A program made the position numbers and the translations under genes. A stretch of 64,000 bases of DNA from Paraspadella gotoi (taxonomy: Eukaryota > Animalia > Chaetognatha): the NCBI GenBank assembly GCA_051294375.1, contig CM119267.1, forward strand, positions 11,097,045 through 11,161,044, given 5' to 3'. The notes under the pieces are model-generated. The model saw only the letters and a list, made by a program, of their open reading frames with translations. It was not told where the DNA came from and did not search any database. This document shows, piece by piece, positions 1 through 12,129 of the stretch (positions are counted from its first letter, which is position 1; each line of letters opens with the position of its first letter).

Positions 1-894
1 GCCAAGGCAGTTAAGTTCATGATTTTACTTTTACTTTAAATTTACTATACGCACAAAAGGTGTAATAAAACGTAAATTATAATTCAAACGACTCACCTAT
101 TTGGCCACTTTCTTCCGNNNNNNNNNNNNNNNNNNNNNNNNNNNNNNNNNNNNNNNNNNNNNNNNNNNNNNNNNNNNNNNNNNNNNNNNNNNNNNNNNNN
201 NNNNNNNNNNNNNNNNNNNNNNNNNNNNNNNNNNNNNNNNNNNNNNNNNNNNNNNNNNNNNNNNNNNNNNNNNNNNNNNNNNNNNNNNNNNNNNNNNNNN
301 NNNNNNNNNNNNNNNNNNNNNNNNNNNNNNNNNNNNNNNNNNNNNNNNNNNNNNNNNNNNNNNNNNNNNNNNNNNNNNNNNNNNNNNNNNNNNNNNNNNN
401 NNNNNNNNNNNNNNNNNNNNNNNNNNNNNNNNNNNNNNNNNNNNNNNNNNNNNNNNNNNNNNNNNNNNNNNNNNNNNNNNNNNNNNNNNNNNNNNNNNNN
501 NNNNNNNNNNNNNNNNNNNNNNNNNNNNNNNNNNNNNNNNNNNNNNNNNNNNNNNNNNNNNNNNNNNNNNNNNNNNNNNNNNNNNNNNNNNNNNNNNNNN
601 NNNNNNNNNNNNNNNNNNNNNNNNNNNNNNNNNNNNNNNNNNNNNNNNNNNNNNNNNNNNNNNNNNNNNNNNNNNNNNNNNNNNNNNNNNNNNNNNNNNN
701 NNNNNNNNNNNNNNNNNNNNNNNNNNNNNNNNNNNNNNNNNNNNNNNNNNNNNNNNNNNNNNNNNNNNNNNNNNNNNNNNNNNNNNNNNNNNNNNNNNNN
801 NNNNNNNNNNNNNNNNNNNNNNNNNNNNNNNNNNNNNNNNNNNNNNNNNNNNNNNNNNNNNNNNNNNNNNNNNNNNATAATTCAAACGACTCAC

Positions 895-2899
895 CTATTT
901 GGCCACTTTCTTCCGAAGGGTCTGGTCCTTCGTCGCCAACGAAAGCGCGTGGCTGTTCAAACTGCTCCTTATGAGCTGTTGCTGTTTCGCTTCGACTGTC
1001 GACGTCCGATTCGCCTCGGGTCGGAGCAGTCAAATCAATCTCGACTTCGACAGAAAAAACGACTTCGTTCACCGAAAAATCGATTTTGTTTTCGCTTGAA
1101 AATTCATCATCTTTGAGCGGACGAGGAGATGCGTCGGCGAGCGGACTCGATGCGGCGGATGCCGGCGGAGATTTTGTTAATGCCGTGAATGCGGAGAATG
1201 CCGTGAGATCGTGGGGGGAATTCTCGACGACAATTTCTGAAAGGTCGCCTTGCGAGACCACCCCTCGTGAAAGACGATCGCTTTCTATACTACGCTCGAT
1301 ATCTGTCGTCGTGATCGTCGTCGTCGTCGTCGTCGTGATCATAGTTTCGTTCAAAATATCGTCGTTTTTGCTCGTATGAAACATTAACTCGGATGTTTGT
1401 TGTTGTTGTTCATGTTTTAGTTGTTCGATCGTTGATTCGCCGACGACTGGTTGATCAAATTCTAAAGGTCGATCATCTTCATCTTTGTCATTTTCATCGG
1501 CTCGATCGTTGTCTTCGCTATTAACAGATTCGATTTCAACCACATTGTCCACGGGGACATTGTCCTCCGCGACATTGTGCTCGATAATTTGATTTGTCAA
1601 CAAGGGCGCAGATATCTCCGGAGGCGTGAGCGTATCGTGGCCAGAAATAAATGTCTCGGTTTTAGGCTGACCGTTCCCAGTTTCGAATCCATTAATTAGT
1701 GGAGCCAATCGTAATGCTTCAGATCTCCTGAAGTCTGATGACTCAGTCAATTGCGGTTTTCCAACTTTAAAATCATTTTTTTGCGATTTCTGCGCCGAAG
1801 TTTCGGAATCGTTCGACCGTTGCGCCATGGATTCTGCTGCGAGCGCAATCGGCGTCGCGGCTTCGGAATCGTTTATTTTGTCCTCCGATTGTTTACGATT
1901 TCGACGTTTTTGTTTCTTCGTATTCAAACGGAAACGAATTATTCGTCGCCGGCGGACGAACGACGCCCGATGCGACGCCGGTGACGTCAGAGGGCGCGGA
2001 TGACGCCGTCGGCTCGGACGCCGGCGCCATGCGGTACACGCGATTCAAATACCAGCAACAAAATCCTCCCGAGGGTTTCGAGGTGTCGCACTGAATCCAG
2101 AGATTCCATTTGGTTACCAGTTTCGGCCGAGGGGACGTTTCAGTCGGAGGCGCTGGTGACGTTGGAAGCGGCGCTGTGGCAGGCGTAGGCTCGGATGCTA
2201 AAGGCGCCGTCGCCATCGTCGATTCTTCCGCAGGAGTCTCCGGCACCTCCAGCGTCGAGAGGGATGCGGCGATTTCGCGGAGACACCCTCGCAACTCGGA
2301 GAGGTCACGAAGAAACGTCGGATCATAGGCTGCTGTGGTTGAGGGCGGTGGTGCCAAAGAGGACGCTGCTGCAGTTGGGGCCGCATCNNNNNNNNNNNNN
2401 NNNNNNNNNNNNNNNNNNNNNNNNNNNNNNNNNNNNNNNNNNNNNNNNNNNNNNNNNNNNNNNNNNNNNNNNNNNNNNNNNNNNNNNNNNNNNNNNNNNN
2501 NNNNNNNNNNNNNNNNNNNNNNNNNNNNNNNNNNNNNNNNNNNNNNNNNNNNNNNNNNNNNNNNNNNNNNNNNNNNNNNNNNNNNNNNNNNNNNNNNNNN
2601 NNNNNNNNNNNNNNNNNNNNNNNNNNNNNNNNNNNNNNNNNNNNNNNNNNNNNNNNNNNNNNNNNNNNNNNNNNNNNNNNNNNNNNNNNNNNNNNNNNNN
2701 NNNNNNNNNNNNNNNNNNNNNNNNNNNNNNNNNNNNNNNNNNNNNNNNNNNNNNNNNNNNNNNNNNNNNNNNCATCTTCGACGCGGAGCGCCGGTAGCTT
2801 TCTTCCCGTAAGCGAGCGTGCCATTTTGGTTTCTGCGAAACGCCAGTCCTCGAATCTCTTGGTCATTTTGAATTTGTTTTCGTGTGGGGCGAGAGACAT
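895..2899 (-). CDS. Large coding exon of an unknown acidic, Ser/Thr/Pro-rich disordered protein. The gene continues off the left edge of the window, and the frame is broken by a false gap and apparent indel errors.
   Basis: Three collinear ORF pieces (2198-2926, 1893-2357, 77-1927). Collapsing the 2388-2772 gap on its CATC overlap joins ...LPALRVED to AAPTAAASSLAPPP in frame. About 345 stop-free acidic codons lie at 895-1927, with a basic NLS-like KKQKRRNRK. The exon ends at a canonical minus-strand donor AG|GTGAGT (intron begins at 894). The start is uncertain (ATG at 2899, or AAAATGG with ATG at 2824). Confidence 0.6.
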
Positions 2900-3393
2900 A
2901 ATTATAACAATAAAGAACAATAACAATTTTAAAACAAGGTATGCTTAGTTAAAACAAAGAAATTGTCGGCTTTCCTTTTTTGTTTAATCTCTCTCTTTTT
3001 CAACTATGAGTGAGAGAACCCACACAGAAGTGTGTTCTGAATAAACACTTCTCTGAAACTCTTCAGTGATGATAGAGCGAATATCACTGAGATCATCACA
3101 ATCGCAACAATATCAGTATTGTCATCGTGGTAGTGTTTGTGTTAGTGTCGCACTCCCTAACTTCCTCACTCTCTCTCTTTCACTCTCCTTCGTTCGAAGG
3201 TTAATCGANNNNNNNNNNNNNNNNNNNNNNNNNNNNNNNNNNNNNNNNNNNNNNNNNNNNNNNNNNNNNNNNNNNNNNNNNNNNNNNNNNNNNNNNNNNN
3301 NNNNNNNNNNNNNNNNNNNNNNNNNNNNNNNNNNNNNNNNNNNNNNNNNNNNNNNNNNNNNNNNNNNNNNNNNNNNNNNNNNNNNNNNNNNNN

Positions 3394-4572
3394 GTCCGCC
3401 GTGAACGAGTCGGTGGTTTTAAGGGAAAGGGGTCTGAAGGGTCTTTCGCTTCAAGAGTGTTGAGGAGGTTAAGTTTAAGGAAGGACGGTGTGAATAAGTG
3501 ATGATGATGATGAAAATGATGAATTGAAGAATATTCATAAAAAATATAGATAATAGACGTGAAGGCAAAGGTGAACTAGGGCGTTAAAACACGGGGTGAA
3601 CTCTGGTCGGTGAAAATTTGGTGAAGAGGACTAAAAGTAAAAAATACAGAGTGTGAAAAAATAAATGTGGCTGGATTTAATCGAGAAATGTGGTTTTCAC
3701 GAGTGAGAATTGTCAAGAATGTGAAGAGAGAAAGCGTCTTTGGTTGTAACGAGCAAAGGCGAGACGCATTTCTCTCTATCGACGGTGATTTCCCTTTCAA
3801 ATTTGATCAGCGCCAACGAGGGGCGAATACTGGGACGACAACGACGACGACGACGAAGATAACTAGTACAATCTTTTGTTGCTTTTTTTCGAGGGAAAGT
3901 TCAAAACAATAAACAAATTTTTATGGGGTAAAAAATTGGCCCAAAAGTTTAATGATTGGGGAATGGGAAAGGGGAAAGAAGGAAAGGGAAAAAAGAGTCC
4001 CGCCCTCTCGAATTTATCCGAAGGCGATACATCACGATTATCGTTCCCAAGTTACAGTTATACCCACTTATTCCTTTTGAAAAGAATCGAGAGACGTAAA
4101 TCACGGAAAGTCTGCGACGCTTAATTCGAAATTTCACCTCATCTCCATAGCTCCGTTGCGATAAATCTGTCGGAGCTTACGAGCGGTCGGATTTTTTGAG
4201 AGAAAAACTGTTTGGATTTTGTGAGAATCGAATTTCCCTTTTGTTTTGAAAACAACGCCCCTTCCGTCGTAAATTTACTGAGAAGGGAAAAAAAAAGGTT
4301 AAATGGGGTAAATGAAACATTTATAACGTCAGGCTTAAAATGAAATAACTAAAATTAGTTAAAAAATATTTTTAATTTCTTTTTTTTTCTGGCCGACCCT
4401 AATTCTCCGCTATAGATTGCGAGAGTATCATATCATATGACATATGTAATAATATGTAATAATTAACGTACTATTAGGTATTCAATGTCCACCCTAAAAT
4501 TTAGGCTAAATACGAGTAATGCAGCATCACCGCATTCCACCACTGTCGTTTGTTTTTCATCTCTCGTTCTTC

Positions 4573-4626
<54 letters not shown>

Positions 4627-6781
4627 ACATTCTCTCTTTTCTCAATATGCTTCTCTCTCCAGCGGCCAGGTTTACGTCTATTTTGCCTCAGTTTCGATTT
4701 TTATCTCGGTTTTTGGTTCGGGAATTAATTTATGAAAAATTGGTCGGGAACGCGGTTCGAGACTCACGGTGAATGTTCGAGAGAAAGGGGAGGAGGGAAA
4801 GCGATGGAGGGAGATGTGAGTAAAAAATAGAAGGGGGGGAGAGGGGGGGAAGAAAGGAAGCGGAAACGTAGATCACGATAACGACGAACGACCACGACGA
4901 CGACGATATAGAAGAAAAAGGACAATATCGACTCTGACCCTTAACTTCTTTTGTTCGCTTTCAATTCTCCAAATTACTCGCAAATGCTGTGGGAAATAAA
5001 TAAACGGAAAAATATTTATAAATAAGAAATAAAAAAAAAATAACATGAATCCGCGTTAACGCTTGATTTTGTCGAATCCAAAAATGCAAACAAAATAAAG
5101 GGGCCGGCCTCCGCCGCCTCCGGCCACAGATCGACTAATTTATATTTTCCAACGACCAAAAAAAAAGTTGTCTTTTGTTTTATTTTTCCAGAAAAAAAAA
5201 AATTTCACCGACGGCAGAGATGAACTTCGAACGCGCTGACTCATTTTTCCCTCGTGGGACTCGAAATCTAGACAAAAGACGTCGACTTCTCGCGGACTTA
5301 AAAATAAAGGACGGTCGACTTCCGGCGCGACTATTATTTCGACGATGAAAACGTTTCGAGATTTTTTTTTGTTAGACGTCGTCGATTGAATCAACATCGT
5401 CGTATTGATTCTGGGATGAAGAGGACGCTAACGAAAACAAATGAGAGAGNNNNNNNNNNNNNNNNNNNNNNNNNGATGTTTGGCGGATGTGATGTTGTTT
5501 GCATGGACGGACGAAGTCGACAAAAACAACATCAGGTGGACGTGAGCGTCGTGATGAGTCCCGTGAACGAGTCGGCGGTGGTTTTAAGGCGAAAGGGGTC
5601 TGAGGGTTCTTCTGCTTCAAGGAAGGTGTTTGAGGAGGTTGAAGTTTAAGGAAGGACGGTGTGATAAAGTGCATGATGATGATGAAAATTCATGATATAT
5701 TCATAAAAAAATATAGATAATAGACGTGAAGGCAAGGGTATACAATAGGGCGTTAAAACACGGTACGGCGTGAACTCTGGTTCGGGTTGAGAAATTTGGT
5801 GAAGAGGACTAAAAAGTGGTAAGTAAAAATACAGATGTGAAAAATAATAAATGCTGGCTGGATTTAAATCGAGAAATGTGGTTTTCAACGAGATGAGAAT
5901 TGTGCAAGAATGATGCAAGAGAGAAAGCGTTTTGTTTGTAACGAGCAAAGGCCGAGACCGCATTTCTCTTCTATCGCGACTGTTATTTCCCTTTCAAATT
6001 TGATCGCCGCCAACGAGGGCGAATTACTGGGACAGACAACGAACGACGACGGACGAAGATAACTTAGTACAATCTTTTGTTGCTTTTTTTCGAGGGAAAT
6101 TCAAAACAATAAACAAATTTTTATGGGGTAAAAATGGCCCAAAAGTTTAATGATTTGGGGGGAAATGGGGAAAAAAATGGGGGAAAGAAGGAAAGGGAAA
6201 AAAAGAGTCCCCGCCTTCTCGAATTTATCCGAAGGCCGATACATCACGATTATCGTTACCCAGTTAAGTTATACCCACTTATTCCTTTTTGAAAAAATCG
6301 AAGAACGTAAATCACGGAAAGTCTGCGACGCTTAATCGAAATTTCACCTCATCTCCATAGCCTTCCGTTGCGATAAATCTGTCGGCAGGCTTAACGAGCG
6401 GTCGGATTTTTTTGTCGAGAAAAACTGTTTGGATTTTGTGAGAATCGAATTCCCTTTTTTGTTTTTGAAAAACAACGCCCCTTCCGTCGTAAATTTACTG
6501 AGAAGCGGAAAAAAAAGTGTTAAATGCGGAGTAAATGAAACATTTATAACGTCGGGCTTAAAATGAAATAACTAAAATTAGTTAAAAATATTTTTAATTT
6601 CTTTTTTTTTCTGGCCGACCCTAATTCTCCCGCTATAGATTGCGAGAGTATCATATCATTATGACATATGTAAATATTTGTAATAATTAACGTTACTATT
6701 AGGTATTCAATGTCCACCCTAAAATTTAGGCCTAAATACGAGTAATGCAGCATCACCGCATTCACCACTGGTCGTTTGTTT

Positions 6782-6863
<82 letters not shown>

Positions 6864-7694
6864 TCCACATTCTCTCTTTTGCTCAATTCTCTCTCTCTCC
6901 AGCGCAGGTTTACGTCTATTTTGCCTCAGTTTCGATTTTTATCTCGAGTTTTGGTTCGGGAATTAATTTATGAAAAATTGGTCGGGAACGCGGTTCGAGA
7001 CTCACGGTGAATGTTCGAGAGAAAGGGGAGGAGGAAAAGCGATGGAGGGAGATGTGAGAAAAAATGAAGAGGGGGGAGAGGGGGGGAAGAAAGGAAGCGG
7101 AAACCGGAGATTCGACGATAACGACGACGACCACGACGACGACGATATAGAAAGAAAAAAGGACAATATCGACTCTGACCCTTTAAACTTTCTTTGTTCG
7201 CTTTCAATTCTCCAAATTACTCGCAAATGCTGTGGAAATAAAATAAAACGGAAAAATATTTATAAATAAGAAATAAAAAAAAAAATAACATGAATCCGCG
7301 TTAACGCTTGATTTTGTCGAATCCAAAATGCAAACAAAATAAAGGGGCCGGCCTCGCCCGCCTCCGGCCACAGATCGACTAATTATATTTATCCAACGAC
7401 CAAAAAAAAGTTGTCTTTTGTTTTATTTTTCCAGAAAAAAAAAAATTTCACCGACGCAGAGATGAACTTCGAACGCGCTGACTCATTTTTCCCTCGTTGC
7501 GGGACTCGAAATCTAGACAAAAGACGTCGACTTCTCGCGGATTTAAAAATAAAGGACGGTCGACTTCCGGCGCGACTATTATTTCGACGATGAAAACGGT
7601 TTCGCAGATTTTTTTTTGTTAGACGTCGTCGATTGAATCAACATCGTCGTATTGTTCTGGGATGAAGAGGACGCTAACGAAAACAAATGAGAGA
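3394..7694. repeat. Tandem duplication of about 2.1-2.2 kb across an N-gap (3394-5449 vs about 5557-7694), probably an assembly or haplotype artefact
   Basis: The two blocks are collinear and near-identical, differ mostly by 1-nt indels, and meet at the 5450-5474 gap. Confidence 0.9.
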
Positions 7695-10600
7695 GAAACG
7701 GAAGAGAGAGAGATGAGAGAGAGAGAGAGAGAGAGAGAGAGCCCGCAAGACAATAGATGGGCAACAATAAAGCCTTATTGCCGACATTCATTTCAATGAA
7801 TGAGATAAAAATATAATAAAGATTTAGCGAACGAGAAAACGAAGAGATCAGAAGTGAGAAAGGTCGTTGGATTTTAAAACAAGAAACGGCAATTTACTTT
7901 ATTACTACGTGTATATATTTTATGGTCAGGAGACTACACTAGTATGAAACATATGCGCATTAAGCTTCTCAAATGATTTAATTAAAAGTACACAGTACAG
8001 CGCTAGAATTATGCAGTACTAAAAGTATGCCGGTTGGAGGGCTGAACCCACCTTAACCCGTCCAAAGTTAGGGGAAAGATACCTTATTTATTAAATGAAT
8101 GGATAATTTTTATATTTAATTTCCTAAAAGGCTGCTGTAACATCGGACTTATGGGTACAGACTGACCAACCGACTTACCGATACCCAAGACTATTATATT
8201 ATAAATTTAATTGTATTTATTTTGCTTTCGTTTCATTGCGTTTTGGAATTTTAGTAAAAACAGTTTTTATTAGGCATACAATGAGTTTATTGACAATTTA
8301 AAATATAAATAGAATGAAAGCTATAGGAAACGAGTTTCTTTTTAAACAAAAAAAAAACTCGTAGTAACGTATTATGTCTTTTGGAATCTATTTTCTTTGT
8401 TTCTTGTCACACCTCTCACAGTATTGGACCGAAACAGAAAATAAAATGGGAGAAAAAGAAGCACACAGTATATTCGCAAAGAGCGCATCTGGTGGCAAAG
8501 ACCGGAACGACGTTTTCATTCTCCGCGAAACTGCTCCAAACAAAAAAAATAACTCCGTTAATGCCAGGCGTCAATAAGCGGCGCTAAAACCACCGGGAAA
8601 ACGAATTAAATCTTCCCACGCCAATCGCCCGAACGCCAATCTAATTCCTCGTCACAAATCGAGTCAAAGAGAATCGAGTAGGCGTGGAGCCGTCGACTTT
8701 GAGCGAAGGATTTAAGGGAAAATAAAGGGGAGACAATTTATCGCGGCAAACAATTTGTTGTCGTCGTCGCCGACGAATGAAGAAAAAAAAACGAGAAACG
8801 AATCAAAAAAAGAAAATGTCTTTTCTTTGTTTCGTTTTTTTTTCTTTTTCTGAAAAGAGAAATCGTAGGTTGAAATCTATCGATGGAAAGATAAGAATCG
8901 ATTAAAGATTGATGAAGACGACGACGACGACGATGACGACGTCGCCAACGCCGACAAAGCGACGAAAATGGCTGCGTCAACCCCCGTTGCGAATTTAGTA
9001 TTAAATCATTACGATACATTTTTTTTATGCAGTTGCTTTTTCCGATACAATTCTTGACCTTTATAAACATTTGTTATGTTCACTAAAAATGTATAAAAAT
9101 ATATTATATAGTAATCAACTCGTCAAAGGAATTGCAGAAGTTTGACACAGTTTGACAGCGATGGACATTGGGAATTGATTGTGAGTCACTGACAAAACAT
9201 TCCCTGACGGAATTCCAAAGAGAGATTACGGAAGACGCGGTAAGATAATGGTGAGTTTTAAGCTAGTGAAAAACGCCCTTAAAATTTACCATGATCTGGC
9301 TATTCTATTTTTATAATTTTGTATTCACTGCTATTAGAAATAAAAAAATTAAATGAATGAAAAAAAAACAAGTTCGGCTCAAAAAAATAGGCCATATCTG
9401 TAACGAAAGGATAACTATCGCCGCCCGATCAGTTAATTACCCCTTATTTATTCTTTCTTTTAATCGTTTTCCTCAGATCCTCGCCGACGATGGCGACAAT
9501 AACGACAACAACAACGACGACGACGACGGCGGCGTCACTAAGAAACCGTTTTGTCTTTCCTCTTCTCTGTTTTGCAAAAATATGTTGTTTTTTTTTCTGA
9601 AGAAGATAAGAAAAAAAAGGTAAACAGAATAACCGAACGACTCGGCTCCTCTCCAACGAAGAATTACGTTAATTGCGTCGTCGGTGATGAGAGAGAGAGA
9701 GAGAGAGAGTGAGAGAGAGAGAGAGTGAGAGAGAGAGAGAGATTGTGAGAGATATATTAGAGGCCTTTGGGTTTTTCTCCTAACGAATTGAACAAACAAA
9801 ACAATTATTAACCATAAATAATTTTAACGCGAGTCGTTATCGTTAACTCGAGGAATAAATTAAGGCGGCGCCGGAGTTAGTTTTCTGTTTTGGTTCTAAA
9901 AATAGAAAAGGAAGAAACAACGCCCGGCCGCCGAGTCTTGCGCATGTTTTTTTTTTTGCCGAGGCGCCACCAGTTGGAACAAAGCGATACTCGAACTCGG
10001 CGCCGCATTGCCTGAAGCTTAAATTAAGCTTCACTTGACTCTTGACCGGGCGTTTGTCATATTTGTTTGTTTGTTGATGATGATTGTACTGAATCAACCT
10101 TGTTGTATTCGAATAAAATCGCATATATATTCCGAATAATCGAGCGAATCATATCGCGTTTTCCATAAATTCTGCCAGATGGTGACCCTTTGTCTATGTT
10201 ATTCACATCCGTTTTATCCTGATATTCCGACACGGGGAAAAAGAAAGAAAAAACCCGGACATCGGCATAACATTTCCCTGATTTTGCTCTCAACGGCCTC
10301 TCGTCAATTTTGCAGAAGTGATACTTTTTTCGCTCAATGAATCATGAGAGTCGCTTCTTTCACAGAATCATCACTTATTCACGTTTCTTCTTCTTTTTCT
10401 TTTTCTTTTTCTTTCTTTTCTTCTGTCGTCGCAAATCGGAATCTTTTTCCGACTTTGGATGAGAAGACAGAAGAATAACGATTAAACCAAATTATATTGT
10501 TGTACGCGTATAAAATAAAATCCCGAAATAAACTCTTTAGATTAGCTCTTTAGCTCTCTAGATTGAATTCAAATTGTTGGTATTTTTCCAAACACGTTCC

Positions 10601-11171
10601 GAAATGACTAAATCTAAATACTAAACTAGTCTAGATGGACGATTTTAACTGGAAACTCGCCTCACAGTAACACTCTTCCATACAAAACAAACTCATCCAA
10701 TTGAGCAAACTTCTCCCACCGAAAATATCGNNNNNNNNNNCTCATCCCCAAATCTTAACCTCACATTTCCACTCCATCCAAATCCTTTAAATATCGAAAA
10801 GGTTGAAAGAAAGATGAGAGAGATAATCCTCTGGGGTTGGCCACCGGCGATTCCGATAGAGGAGAATGAGAGAGAGACGAGAGAGAGAGAGAGAGAAGAG
10901 AGAGAGAGGAGAGAGAGAGAGAGCAGGAGAGAGAGGAGAGAGAGAGAGAGATAGAGGCATCTGGTGTGCTGATTTTACCATCACGTCGCGAGCGGATGAA
11001 CGAATAATTTTGTTTGTTTTATTTAAACTTATAATTTTTTTTTTCTTTTAGTTAATCCTCATTTTAGTAGAATATGTTTTGGGATCGAAATTTTGCTTCG
11101 CCTTTTCTCAGAAATCGATCTCTTTGGACGGATAATTAGCGTTTAATCTCTCGTCCAGTTTCTGCGACTTT

Positions 11172-11779
11172 TCTTTGTTCCAATTTAAAGTGAACTTTGA
11201 CTCGTCAACGGTTCTCAGTCGCTTTTAAGGGGGGGAGGAAGAGGGTGGACGAGTAGAGAGAGAAAATTAAGGATCCTGCTGGGGGTGGGGGGTTGGTAGG
11301 GGGGGGATTTAGAGAAACGGGGTGGTTAACTCCACTCGAAAACCATTAAATCGAGAGAAAAGAAAAAAAACAAAACAAAAAAACCCTCGGTCCCTTCGCG
11401 ACGGCGCCCTTTGAAGATGACGGTTGAGACGAAGGTAAACAAACAAAATTTGACGGTCGCCAATCGACGAGTCATTCCTCGGTTGTTTTCCTTTCGATTT
11501 TCACGGTGGAATCGGTTTTCGGCGGAGGCTTGGGGTCGAGGAGGCTTCTTCGTCAAGAGTCGCGTCGCTCTAGGCGACACCTGCAGCCTTTCGTCGACTC
11601 TTGGCGAGTGCCGTGTCGTCTTAATGACAGGTGGGAGTTTAGAGCTTCTTAAATATTGTTTTAAAAACTGCGAAATAACCTCTCGATGATATGGAATATT
11701 CAAAAAAAAAACGATAAGCGTGGCTCGCCAGCCTCCGTCGCCACGGATCGTATTTTCTCGTTCTTTGACCATTTTGGAC

Positions 11780-11860
<81 letters not shown>

Positions 11861-12061
11861 AGAGAGAGCGAGCGGTAGGGAAAATTATTAAAATATCTCA
11901 CACAAAAAAGAAGAAAGAAAATTCCACAACGCAAAAAATTTGCACAGAAAAGTCGTCATAAAAATTTTTTTGGCTGGAATTGAGTTATTTTTTTTCTCTT
12001 CGATTGTCTTGGGCGAAAACGGATACATTTCTTTCAATGTTTGACTTTTTTTTACTATTCT

Positions 12062-12129
<68 letters not shown>

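Noticed and set aside
3026-3090. Two adjacent 8-bp-stem hairpins upstream of the minus-strand gene
   Set aside because: Too short for a pre-miRNA and not matched to any RNA family I recognise.
4740-4770. GGTTCGAGAC B-box-like motif suggesting a tRNA or SINE (also about 6991 and 38021)
   Set aside because: No cloverleaf and no properly spaced A-box could be built.
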